Part shown: positions 1 to 8,603 of the stretch, piece after piece
Numbering within the stretch: position 1 is the first letter of the stretch
Layout of the letters: each line of letters starts with the position of its first letter
Assembly: GCF_000757865.1 (NCBI RefSeq)
Contig: NZ_CP007754.1
Span: forward strand, 1,080,001-1,112,000
DNA length: 32,000 nucleotides
Direction: 5' to 3'
Source: Prochlorococcus sp. MIT 0801
GTDB taxonomy: Bacteria; Cyanobacteriota; Cyanobacteriia; PCC-6307; Cyanobiaceae
Notes under the pieces: generated by a model
Seen by the model: the letters and a program-made list of their open reading frames with translations, nothing else
Told to the model about the DNA's origin: nothing
Database searches by the model: none
Program-made: the position numbers and the translations under genes

Positions 1-206
1 AAACTTTTAGACAAAAAGGAATAATTGATTCACTCAAAATACTATAGACACATTAATAGTGCTAAGTAAATAGCTGATCTATACGAATTACTCCTCCAAA
101 TGTGAGGCGTTGACTTAAGCCAATCTTACAAAGTTACAACCCAAGTCATTAGTATATAGACAATGATTATCGTTTTAGCGAGGGTATATAGATCCTTACT
201 TCGACT

Positions 207-371
207 ATGGATTCTTGCACCAAAGATATTCATAGATATGCTTTCGCAATGGTTAAGGCCGCAAGGTCAATGCCAGCTGATATTGCAGAAAAGCTCGATC
301 ACATAAAGCAATTAAGATTTAATGTTCAATTAAAGGTATTAAGAAAAAGAATCAACAGACGATCAAATTAG
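207..371 (+). CDS. small hypothetical protein (54 aa), member of a 3-copy family in this window
   Basis: ATG 207, TAG 369-371. Product MDSCTKDIHRYAFAMVKAARSMPADIAEKLDHIKQLRFNVQLKVLRKRINRRSN. Paralogs at 4975..5136(+) and 27454..27618(-) share MDS..HRYAF..VKA.RSMP. All three also share the ~12 nt before the ATG (tacttcgact core). Confidence 0.5.
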   Translation: MDSCTKDIHRYAFAMVKAARSMPADIAEKLDHIKQLRFNVQLKVLRKRINRRSN

Positions 372-654
372 GTAGACCTATTTATGTTTATATTGTAAAA
401 ACTTTTCCTACTTCCGGGATATAGGAGTAAAGATATAAAGATCAAGCCAACAGTGGAAAGTCTAAGATTGATTGGATCAAGTTAGATTGACAATCGCTCA
501 ACAATCATTTTTGCCTAACGGAAAAATTGTTGATTTTAGGTAAGAAAGCCTCAATCATTTAATCATCTTGATAACTAAGTTTACTAGGCAATTTTTTTCT
601 AAAAATTAGACTCCAAGAAAATAACATTCAGATGCCTGATTATATAATCAACGA

Positions 655-1026
655 ACTGGTTTAAATACAGACTCAGGACGTATGTTTCGTTTGTATAACG
701 CTTCATTTAAACGCTTACCTAATGCTGATGGAATGGCATATTGGTTTAATCAGTTTAGCTCTAGAGCAAACTCCATCAGAGTCGTTGCATCATCATTTCT
801 AGGTTCAGCTGAATTTGTTGAGTGATTTGGAGATAACGTTTCTGATTCCACCTATGTGAATACTCTCTACAAAAATGTCTTAAAGAGAGATGCTGATACA
901 AGAGGCCTAAACTATTAGTTATGAAAACTTAATAGTGGAGCAGAAACAAGATTTGAAGTTTTACTTGGCTTCTCTGAATCAGCAGAGAATAAAACTCTTT
1001 TTATTGAAATGACGAGGTTTGGTTAA
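655..1026 (+). pseudogene. decayed copy of the DUF4214-type C-terminal region of the 7070..8530 gene
   Basis: Aligns codon by codon with 8160..8530 (GRMFRLYNASFKRLP.ADG..YW...F; YVNTLYKNVL.RDADT.GLNY). Three in-frame stops (tga, tag, tga) and no 5' part. Confidence 0.85.
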
Positions 1027-1378
1027 CCTTTGCAGGGTTGGGGAAACTACTACTAAGAGGGGCAAATAGCCTTTCTTTTTTAGTCTTGTTGCTGATAATT
1101 ACTGTTTAAGAGATACTACCGTTAGTCGGTGGAGTAATGAAACTTCTTTTTCAGTCAGTTTCTTTTGATCGAGTAAACATATAATCTTCCCATGCATCAT
1201 AGTCGTGATTGCATAACGCTCTTATAGCCTGATTCTTTAAACTTTCTTCGTAGTTCTTGGCATCATTAAGCGAGTCAAATCTTGTACCGTCAAAAGATTC
1301 GTAGATAGTAATTTCTTTGACCACATTTTCATATCACCCTTCTATATCATTAAACAAATAATTGATTAATGACAAGTT

Positions 1379-1510
1379 TTAGCTAAGACCTGAAAAGAAA
1401 AAATACCAAATGAAAACGATTGCGTTTAGGCCAAAGGTCACTGAAATCCCAATGATCTTGAATTTCATTCCAACATCATTCGAACCAGAATTTAATTTCA
1501 CGTCAGGCAT
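1379..1510 (-). CDS. possible 43-aa single-TM peptide
   Basis: ATG 1510, stop 1379-1381. MPDVKLNSGSNDVGMKFKIIGISVTFGLNAIVFIWYFFFSGLS. Its start overlaps the stop of 1503..1739 by 8 nt (ATGCCTGA). Below the ORF-track size cutoff. Confidence 0.3.
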   Translation of the reverse strand: MPDVKLNSGSNDVGMKFKIIGISVTFGLNAIVFIWYFFFSGLS

Positions 1511-1739
1511 CGTTATTCTCCTTTGATTGATTTGAGGCCTTCTCGAGAAACTCGACAAATTCTTTTTGTTTTGGAGTAAGTTCCTCGTTCTCTTTCTTCC
1601 CTTTTTTGATTAATGGATTGTTTGGGAAAAAGAATGTAACTATTCGCCCAAAGTAAAAAGCTCCTAATAAAACAAAACCACCACCACCCACATAAATCAG
1701 CAGGTTGGTTTGTGTAGAAGTTGCAAAAATTGGAACCAT
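1503..1739 (-). CDS. small membrane protein, hypothetical
   Basis: 78-aa ORF with one hydrophobic helix (LLIYVGGGGFVLLGAFYFGRIV) and a charged tail. More protein-like than the overlapping 1513..1836 frame. Confidence 0.45.
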   Translation of the reverse strand: MVPIFATSTQTNLLIYVGGGGFVLLGAFYFGRIVTFFFPNNPLIKKGKKENEELTPKQKEFVEFLEKASNQSKENNDA

Positions 1740-1850
1740 TAATCCTATTTTTCCGTAAACGAAAATTGGAAAAGGACTGATCTAAATCAGCCCTAGTTAT
1801 ATAGAGAGCCATCGACTGTCGACCTTCTTTATTCAATCAGAAAGGGTTAT

Positions 1851-2282
1851 TTATTCAGTCGGGACAGTGGTCTTTTTACCTTTAGCTCCCGCTGAGGCGC
1901 TAAAAACCACCATCTCTTCATCACCATTGTTTTGACAATAATGAGGAGTATCTTGGGATGAAGCGAAGCTTTCACCAGCTCCTAATGTCAGTGATTGTCC
2001 GTCACTAGTTTCACAATAAATGCTTCCTTTCTGTACATAAATAATCCCAGGCTGTGGATGTAAATGAAGAGATGTTTTAAAACCAGGTTGAGCAGTTATT
2101 TTTTCAAGTTTCATTTCTGCTTTCCCTCTTGGGTACCTAAAAGAATCTCCATTCCACGATTCAGTTGCACTGATAAGAGTTTCTACTACTACTGGTTCAA
2201 GGGATGTTTGCTTCTTTGGACTACAGGCAACTATTGGGATAGAAATTCCTGCTGTTAGTGCAAGAAGTAAAATGCGTCGCAT
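1851..2282 (-). CDS. cupin-domain lipoprotein (secreted/periplasmic)
   Basis: Signal peptide with lipobox (LALTAGISIPIVAC). Cupin-like HLHPQPG..YV.KG core. Paralogous to 5206..5646 (shared SF.YP.GK.EM.L.K....PG......H.H). Confidence 0.75.
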   Translation of the reverse strand: MRRILLLALTAGISIPIVACSPKKQTSLEPVVVETLISATESWNGDSFRYPRGKAEMKLEKITAQPGFKTSLHLHPQPGIIYVQKGSIYCETSDGQSLTLGAGESFASSQDTPHYCQNNGDEEMVVFSASAGAKGKKTTVPTE

Positions 2283-2578
2283 AAAGGTATATAAATACCA
2301 GCTCGTTATAGCTGATCTAGGTCAATCAGACATCTATTAAAAAAGGGATGACATAAAAACCCGAACTGGTTAGCCCTACCTGAACCGGCCTGTAAGAATA
2401 TGGGCATAACACTTGTGTTGTACACATCTTCACAAATCATCCAGAAACAACTTTTAGCCATACTTGCATTAAACAAATCTACCGCACCTAAAATATTAGT
2501 TCTCTGAAATCTTCCTGTACTTCTTCTATTGGCAAGTGCTTGTGAAGTTGGATCTAAAGTAATGGTTTAAGCTGATAA

Positions 2579-2746
2579 TTATTTTTTACTTCTACGATTT
2601 GCTTTTCGAGTTCCGCCGTATCTATATCCCTCAGTGTTAGTAGATTCTTGCCAACAATTCTTACAAGTAATGATCCAATCTTTTTGTTGAGCATTGACCA
2701 CTCGATATTGCACTAGGCCGTTCTTTTTACAAATATCGCAAAACAT
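2579..2746 (-). CDS. small zinc-ribbon-like protein (55 aa)
   Basis: ATG 2746, TAA 2579-2581. MFCDICKKNGLVQYRVVNAQQKDWIITCKNCWQESTNTEGYRYGGTRKANRRSKK. Two CxxC pairs and a basic tail. Below the ORF-track cutoff. Confidence 0.45.
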   Translation of the reverse strand: MFCDICKKNGLVQYRVVNAQQKDWIITCKNCWQESTNTEGYRYGGTRKANRRSKK

Positions 2747-3127
2747 TTTGCTGGTTAGATTCGGTTAACCAGAGCTAAAAGCTGTGGATAAGTTAGATGT
2801 TCAAATGGTTAACTTATCTGAGATAGTTATATGTCAGACAACTGTTAATTGAGGACGATAACTAGTTGGCTTCTGGGGAGGAGCACTAACGTTTTAAATT
2901 CACAGATCCACCCTTTAAAGCTCAGTAATAAAAAGAGTGGGCCTGTGATTTCTCAAAAGTAGTAAGAACTAAAGCTATTCAACTGCGTAGAGATAAATAC
3001 TCGTTCAGGATAAACTTTAGATTCTTTATAGAAAGTCGTTAGTTGATGTGGTTATTCATAAAGACTTTATCGTTTTGTTTTTATATAAAAATTCTCTAAG
3101 GTGCTTTTATAAGTAATTAATTTTTGG

Positions 3128-3316
3128 ATGCCTAACCCATTATTTGCAGTACCACTCAATATGGGTACAGGTACTTGGATCGTAACGATTGTTGCTGGTT
3201 TAAGTTTTGTCGTGATGTTTGGTATTGCTTCTGCCTTTGGCGACTTCAAAGGGTTGATCAATACAACATTAGAAAATGATTCAATTGCAAGAGAGAACAG
3301 GCAAAACAAAAAATAA
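3128..3316 (+). CDS. small membrane protein, hypothetical
   Basis: 62-aa ORF with a TM helix (GTWIVTIVAGLSFVVMFGIASAF). A decayed paralog lies at 17897..18100(-). A stem-loop (gactt agcc aagtc) lies just downstream. Confidence 0.5.
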   Translation: MPNPLFAVPLNMGTGTWIVTIVAGLSFVVMFGIASAFGDFKGLINTTLENDSIARENRQNKK

Positions 3317-3364
3317 AAAGGACTTAGCCAAGTCAGTACCGATTTTCTAGAGAAACCCTTCTTC

Positions 3365-3397
3365 TTTTATGTGATGCATCATTGAACTAGCAACAAA
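3365..3397 (+). repeat. copy 1 of a ~33-nt conserved intergenic motif (TTTTATGTGATG-N-TGAACTAGCAA)
   Basis: ttttatgtgatgcatcattgaactagcaacaaa. Copies at 5707..5738 and 5839..5870, all on the + strand. Copies 1 and 2 follow a stem-loop downstream of a + strand gene. Confidence 0.6.
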
Positions 3398-4086
3398 AAG
3401 AGGCATGATGATGAAAATATTCTTTTTGTAGACATGGTCTTAATGAGATTGATTAAGGTGGATAAACGATTAGCTCAGCGTATTCAAAAAAAATTAAATT
3501 TCAGCAACTATCAAATGCTTTGCCTTAGTTGGTCAATCGGTTTAGTAATGGGAATAGCTATTGCAATTCTCTTTTTCTAAATCATCTTGGGAAAAGACAA
3601 TACGTTTAAGTGGTTCTTAATCACCTATTTAGCAATTCCAATCTTTCTCATAATTACTGTTTACGGATATTTAATTCTTAAGTGATGGATGATTATAGTC
3701 TTGGCTTTTTATTTTCAATTTTTTGTTTTAAAGCCATTAGCAGGCTTGAAGAACAAGATTTGATTACTATCGCTCCGACATGTGGAGTTGTAAAAAGATT
3801 GGAAAATATATGCAGTTGTAACTACAACAGTTAGGAGGTGATATATGAATATAGCTTAGTAACGAGCATAGAAGGTGAAAATATATCACCGATAAATTTC
3901 TCCAGTCTGAAGAAAGGCTTTTTATTAGTTTTGGTTGGAGTAGATGTAGTTGTTACATGCACTGACGAAGTCTTTTAACGAGGATTGTTGAAAATCCAAT
4001 AAATAAACCAGTTGGTATTGCCAAGCTTGCAATAATTACTGCTTCGTTAACTCCGTTCATGGTTATACCTAGAAAATTTTTGGGAA

Positions 4087-4213
4087 GAGAGGACAGGATT
4101 TCACCAACTGTCCACCGTTCTAATGATGATGCTTCTGTATCACGCCATCATAAAAAAACTGTAAAAAGAACTTTTCTCACCTTGATGTTCGGTTGAGGTA
4201 GGGCTTTCCTATC
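4087..4213. repeat. copy A of a multi-copy structured non-coding element
   Basis: gagaggacaggatttcaccaactgtcc ... tgatgttcggttgaggtagggctttcc. Homologous to 11532..11670 (same orientation) and 27961..28105 (inverted). Lies just past the 3' end of clpS. Stops in all frames. Confidence 0.7.
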
Positions 4214-4258
4214 TATTTTTTTGTTGTTTTACTGAGAGTTCTATATTGATTAGTAATT

Positions 4259-4594
4259 TCATGTTTTTTCAATTGGCGCCATTGTTAATCCTCTGCTGAT
4301 CAATTGCTGGTGATATAACTCTGCCTGTTCAAAGGGGCCTCTCCATACTTCCGCCAAACCTTCCCTATCTACTTCGACTGCAAGTTGCCATGATCTTTTT
4401 TCACTCATTCCTGGAATGATTGTCACTAGACAATTTGCTACATGTTCAAACGTATTAAAATTATCATCAAGCACTATTATCCTTGCTTCTGGATATTTTA
4501 TTTTTATTGTCTTTGGATCTAAGACTGTAGTAGTTGAATTGGTTGAAAATTTCATAGCTGTTGCTGCTGTTAGGTGCAAAACATCCTTCAACAT
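4259..4594 (-). CDS. clpS: ATP-dependent Clp protease adaptor ClpS
   Basis: Core YPEARIIVLDDNFNTFEHVANCLVTIIPGMSEKRSWQLAVEVDREGLAEVWRGPFEQAELYHQQL matches the ClpS family pattern. The true start may be the internal Met at 4555 (MKFSTN...). Confidence 0.85.
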   Translation of the reverse strand: MLKDVLHLTAATAMKFSTNSTTTVLDPKTIKIKYPEARIIVLDDNFNTFEHVANCLVTIIPGMSEKRSWQLAVEVDREGLAEVWRGPFEQAELYHQQLISRGLTMAPIEKT

Positions 4595-4627
4595 TTAGGT
4601 AGTTGTCTAAGCATTTAAAAGCTCTCT

Positions 4628-4825
4628 TTATTCTTCCCTTTTCCACTCCCTGTACCATTGACGATCATCAAGCCATCTAATAAGAGGCCAATTAATGAGT
4701 ATGGATGCAAACAGAACTCCAAAAGTAGAAAATCTTCCTGAATTAATAACGAATAGAAGAGTTGGAGGTATGGACATGATTAATGCTGTAAGGCATGCTC
4801 TTCTAACGGACATTTTTGTTCTCAT
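4628..4825 (-). CDS. small membrane protein, hypothetical
   Basis: 65-aa ORF with two hydrophobic segments. Directly upstream of clpS on the same strand. Confidence 0.4.
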   Translation of the reverse strand: MRTKMSVRRACLTALIMSIPPTLLFVINSGRFSTFGVLFASILINWPLIRWLDDRQWYREWKREE

Positions 4826-4974
4826 AATAAGATCTTATCCTTTTTTGGACCTACAACTATTCGGCTTGAGCAATAAGTAAATAACCTGACAGCGTTAATA
4901 CTCAACTTACAATTTTTTTTAGACAAATACTGTTAGATGCGATCAAAATGCTCTTACAGGTCCTTACTTCGACT

Positions 4975-5136
4975 ATGGATTCTCATAAAGAAACTCATAG
5001 GTATGCTTTCGAGCTAGTAAAAGCAGCAAGGTCAATGCCAGTTGATCGGGCTGAAAAACAACCTCATATTCAAGAAATAAGAACTCAATATCAAAAACAA
5101 GCCTTAAAACTTAGAACAAATAAAAAGTTCAGCTAA
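4975..5136 (+). CDS. small hypothetical protein, second member of the MDS..HRYAF family
   Basis: MDSHKETHRYAFELVKAARSMPVDRAEKQPHIQEIRTQYQKQALKLRTNKKFS. I chose ATG 4975 over the track start 4948 because the conserved ccttacttcgactATGGATTCT context matches the other two copies. Confidence 0.5.
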   Translation: MDSHKETHRYAFELVKAARSMPVDRAEKQPHIQEIRTQYQKQALKLRTNKKFS

Positions 5137-5205
5137 TCGTGTATTAATTCTGACTTCCCGAATTCTCTACAAGGGATATGATTTAGATTCAAACATTTAA
5201 AATTA

Positions 5206-5646
5206 ATGCTTCAAAAGATCATTAGTCTCATAGCCTTTATGGCTTTTTCATTGATGAGTTTTTCACCTATTGCTATTGCAGTTGAAGATAAACCCCCTGT
5301 GGATGTACAAGAACTTTTCACAAGCACAAAGCCAATTTATGGAGAGTCATTTACATATCCCGAAGGTAAAGGAGAAATGCGTCTTTATAAAGTTGATGTT
5401 CAACCAGGTGGTGTCGTTCCCCTTCATTTTCATGAGGCACCATTAACCAGCTATATCGAAGAGGGTCAATTAACGCTGAAGACGAAGAAAGGTAAGAGCA
5501 CAACTTTTCGTGAGGGAGATTCTTTTGTATTGTCAGCTGATACTCCTCCTCATACCATGGCGAATAATGGGAAAGTACCAGCAGTCATGTGGGTAACTGT
5601 TGCTGCAGCTGAAGGAGTTCCTACTCTCACCAATGTTGAAGGATAA
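5206..5646 (+). CDS. secreted cupin-domain protein
   Basis: Signal peptide ending AIA|VE. Cupin motif GGVVPLHFHEAPLTSYIEEG. Paralog of 1851..2282. Confidence 0.75.
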   Translation: MLQKIISLIAFMAFSLMSFSPIAIAVEDKPPVDVQELFTSTKPIYGESFTYPEGKGEMRLYKVDVQPGGVVPLHFHEAPLTSYIEEGQLTLKTKKGKSTTFREGDSFVLSADTPPHTMANNGKVPAVMWVTVAAAEGVPTLTNVEG

Positions 5647-5685
5647 ATATTTTCGATTTCCATCAAATTGATATTTGTATAAAAG

Positions 5686-5712
5686 GGGCTGACTTAGGTC
5701 AGTCTTTTTTTT
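5686..5712 (+). terminator. rho-independent terminator after the cupin gene
   Basis: Stem ctgac (5689-5693), loop ttag, stem gtcag (5698-5702), then a run of 8 T (5705-5712). Confidence 0.7.
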
Positions 5713-5738
5713 ATGTGATGCCGTATGAACTAGCAAAA
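5707..5738 (+). repeat. copy 2 of the TTTTATGTGATG-N-TGAACTAGCAA motif
   Basis: ttttatgtgatgccgtatgaactagcaaaagg, immediately after the terminator. Confidence 0.6.
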
Positions 5739-5838
5739 GGCTTATCAATCCAAAATTTGATCCCAAGTAATTCTTTAGTGATAGAAATAAGCTCTCTTTA
5801 AAAAAGTTTCTCAATAGGCTTTGGTGGTACGTGCTTAC

Positions 5839-5870
5839 TTTTACATGTGATGATTGATTGGACTAGAATA
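5839..5870 (+). repeat. copy 3 (more diverged) of the same motif
   Basis: ttttacatgtgatgattgattggactagaata. Confidence 0.45.
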
Positions 5871-6038
5871 GCTAGAAAGGGTTTGTGAAACGCCTTATCC
5901 TTTCACCTTTACTTCTTTTCCTTGCCTCACCCGCACAAGCAGAGATGATAGAAAAAAAAACTGCTGAGTTCTTTATGAAGGCAGCTGACTTTGCTGCATT
6001 AAGATGAGATTGATCAGTTCTAGGCTGATTTATATATA

Positions 6039-6728
6039 GTGAATATTTTCCTTACATTATTTTTGGTTATATCTGCATGTAATCTAAAACCAGTCCATGG
6101 AGAGGAAAGATTACCAATAAATGGTTTAAATTTAGGTATATATGAAAAAGGAACATATCTAGGGATATTTACAAATTTAAATGATAACGATCAGCTAGAT
6201 TTTAGACTAAATTACCTTAAGATACCAATAGGAAAATATGATATTGGTTTGTCTGAAAGTATTAAGTTAAATTTTTTATCTTTTGGTGCACAATTTAATT
6301 ATAGAAAATATTTTCAGGCTAAAAGATATCAGGGGTTCTTCACACAAGTTGGAATAGAATTAAATCATTATTCTTTATACTCCAGAATCAATTTATCTGA
6401 ATTAGAATACCAAATGGGAAATCTAACCGTTATATGTCCATCTTGTAGTTCTCTTGATTTACATATTAAACCCAAAGCTATAAAATTAATACCTAGTCTA
6501 TCTCTTGGCTGGACAAAAAGATTAACAAAAAATATATCATTGGACTCATCTATTGGAGTGCAATATCTTAAGATTAATAATGCAGAATGGGAGTATAATT
6601 CTAATTCTGTATTACCTTTTTTTGTAAGGGATGAAATAGAGGATGCAGTTGAAGAAACAAATTCACAAATTCAAAAATTATCACCTATATTTCCTACTGC
6701 AAGAATAAATCTTTCGTATTACTTCTAA
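6039..6728 (+). CDS. putative outer-membrane / lipoprotein, beta-rich, hypothetical
   Basis: GTG start. Signal peptide with a possible lipobox (LVISAC). Ends ...ARINLSYYF, an aromatic terminal residue typical of outer-membrane beta-barrels. Very AT-rich: two 60-nt lines counted gave 17 and 13 G+C. Confidence 0.5.
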   Translation: MNIFLTLFLVISACNLKPVHGEERLPINGLNLGIYEKGTYLGIFTNLNDNDQLDFRLNYLKIPIGKYDIGLSESIKLNFLSFGAQFNYRKYFQAKRYQGFFTQVGIELNHYSLYSRINLSELEYQMGNLTVICPSCSSLDLHIKPKAIKLIPSLSLGWTKRLTKNISLDSSIGVQYLKINNAEWEYNSNSVLPFFVRDEIEDAVEETNSQIQKLSPIFPTARINLSYYF

Positions 6729-7069
6729 TATAATAAATCAAATGCAAATAATTATACCAATAGATGCATTTTTATATAAGTTTAGTCAAACATCTAAAAT
6801 CTATTATGCAATTTTAATTGAGCACATATTTGAGGCCCTTTTTCATATACTCCAATTACGATAGAGTCTATTTTGTTTGCTTTGTCAGGGTCCTGCAGAG
6901 CAGTGGTGGAAGAAATCTAAAGAAGAGAGATAAGAAAAAACTGAATCAATCGGCAGCTTTATATATATAAGTCAAGCGAAAATTAATATTAATTAATAAA
7001 ATAGCTTTACTAGATTATCTATACAGTAAGTTAGACTGCCAACCTAACAGATTCAGGTAAAAAACCATA

Positions 7070-8530
7070 GTGTCTGAGATTTCATTCAAAACACTTTCAA
7101 ATTCAGGAGTAACTTTTACACCTAGTGAATATTCCATTGGTGATTCAATAGAATGGATGAACAGCCATATCCAAAATATTCAAAGGGAAATAAATTTAGT
7201 TGACGAAAGTCCTAATCAGTTGAAAATTGATTCAGCTAAAAATACTATTGATTACACCTCAGCTTTAAGCGATTTACCTCGACTTTCATTTACACTTACT
7301 ATAGGCGATGATTTCAACTTAAGAACTGTATCTGAATCAGGATATGATACAAATATTGCTTTTAAAGAATACTCTGAAAATAATACTGGCTCCATAGGAA
7401 CAGAAGTCAATGGTTCGATATCTTTTAATGAGATTGATATAGATATAAATTTAAATGGCACACAATTATGTAAAGCAAACCTGATTGGAAGTTTTTCCAT
7501 CAATACAGTGACTAACAATGTAGATCTTTCTTCAAATATATCTAAGTTGAGTTTCGTATCATCTAATGGAGAGGAGATTTCATATAAAGGAAACCTTTCA
7601 TTTTCAAGTAATGACGAGAGTTCTAAAGATTATTTCAACTATCTAACTAACTCATCAGACATTATATATGGCACACAATATAACGATAATATTAATTCTG
7701 GCTCTGGTGCTGACGCAATATATTCCTATGGAGGCAATGATCTTATAGATGGAGGTTTAGGAATTGATACTGTCAAGCTCACGGGAAAATTTGAAGAGTA
7801 TATTTTTGCACGGTCAACAAACTCCCTTAAAACTACCGATAAAGGATCGAATCGTAGTACTCCAGATAGAGACGGTTTGTTTAATGATGGAACAAATACT
7901 CTCACAAATATTGAATATATTCAGTTCTCAGATCAAACCGTAGAAGAATCCAAAGTAGACGTTATTAAAACTTATAGCGGTAAATTTAGTGATTATAAGT
8001 TCTATAATAAAAGAGACGGAGTCTATCAAATCAAAACTGATTCTGGGTATGACGACATCACGGGTTATCCATCCTTACAATTTACGGGAGAAGCAAGTAC
8101 GAGCGCCTTCCGTGATGTGAGTGCCATCGTTGATATCAAAGGAACATTTGATCAAGTCACAGGGTTAAACACAGATTCAGGTCGTATGTTCCGCCTCTAT
8201 AACGCTTCCTTCAAACGCCTTCCTGATGCGGATGGATTAAAGTACTGGATTGATAATTTTAGTTCTGGTATAAATACAATCAGAGTCGTTGCATCCTCCT
8301 TTTTAGGTTCAGCTGAATTTAAACAACGTTATGGAGACGATGTAACCGATTCAAGCTATGTAAATACTCTCTATAAGAATGTTCTAGGTCGTGATGCTGA
8401 TACAGGAGGCTTAAACTATTGGCTAGGCCAATTGAATAGTGGAGCGGAAACAAGATATGAAGTACTCCTTGGATTTGCAGAATCAGCTGAGAATAAAGCA
8501 CTCTTTACTGACATGACTGGGTTTGGTTGA
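7070..8530 (+). CDS. large secreted-type protein with RTX-like Ca-binding nonapeptides and tandem DUF4214-type C-terminal repeats
   Basis: GTG start. GSGADAIYSYGGNDLIDGGLGIDTV resembles GGxGxDxUx repeats. The C-terminus has two DUF4214-like units (RLYNASFKRLPDADGLKYW..; YVNTLYKNVLGRDADTGGLNYWLGQLNSG...EVLLGFAESAEN). Confidence 0.75.
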   Translation: MSEISFKTLSNSGVTFTPSEYSIGDSIEWMNSHIQNIQREINLVDESPNQLKIDSAKNTIDYTSALSDLPRLSFTLTIGDDFNLRTVSESGYDTNIAFKEYSENNTGSIGTEVNGSISFNEIDIDINLNGTQLCKANLIGSFSINTVTNNVDLSSNISKLSFVSSNGEEISYKGNLSFSSNDESSKDYFNYLTNSSDIIYGTQYNDNINSGSGADAIYSYGGNDLIDGGLGIDTVKLTGKFEEYIFARSTNSLKTTDKGSNRSTPDRDGLFNDGTNTLTNIEYIQFSDQTVEESKVDVIKTYSGKFSDYKFYNKRDGVYQIKTDSGYDDITGYPSLQFTGEASTSAFRDVSAIVDIKGTFDQVTGLNTDSGRMFRLYNASFKRLPDADGLKYWIDNFSSGINTIRVVASSFLGSAEFKQRYGDDVTDSSYVNTLYKNVLGRDADTGGLNYWLGQLNSGAETRYEVLLGFAESAENKALFTDMTGFG

Positions 8531-8565
8531 TAGTCGTACTACGCACGGCTCCCTTTTTAAGAAAT
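8311..8565. repeat. left arm of the outer inverted repeat (3' end of the DUF4214 gene plus ~35 nt downstream)
   Basis: Reverse complement matches 27146..27400 at roughly 90-95% by eye, including the sequence past the stop codon (tagtcgtactacgcacggctccc). Confidence 0.85.
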
Positions 8566-8603
8566 AATTTGAGGATATATTCGATCCTCAATCATGTTCT
8601 TCT

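Noticed and set aside
1513-1836. Other overlapping or low-quality track ORFs: 1513..1836, 2064..2258, 3067..3309, 4416..4598, 4467..4658, 4695..4880, 5533..5814, 11730..11966, 24781..24969 and 27209..27391.
   Set aside because: Each overlaps a better-supported gene, pseudogene or repeat. For example, 27209..27391 and 8319..8501 are the antisense of DUF4214 sequence, and 11730..11966 runs across element B and the pseudogene. Their products look non-protein-like.
4087-4125. A tRNA- or tmRNA-like fragment (gagaggacaGGATTTCGACg-like) occurs in element copies A, B (11532..11565) and C (28064..28092). It could be read as a partial tRNA att site.
   Set aside because: The only consistent pairing is ggacag/ctgtcc with an 11-nt loop, not a 5-bp T-stem with a 7-nt loop. 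No acceptor/D/anticodon arrangement can be drawn. No tag-peptide frame ending in Ala-Ala is present. I therefore kept it as a generic structured repeat. A tRNAscan/ARAGORN run would settle the question.
4123-4164. 13-codon mini-ORFs of identical length occur inside element copies A (MMMLLYHAIIKKL) and B (11573..11614, MMLTYYVIIPEEI).
   Set aside because: Copy C breaks the frame at the same place. Conservation follows nucleotides rather than codons, so this is probably coincidence.
7070-8530. An RTX toxin with a type I secretion system.
   Set aside because: Only one or two Ca-binding nonapeptides are visible. No ABC transporter, MFP or TolC genes are nearby. I kept only a generic Ca-binding/DUF4214 surface protein call.
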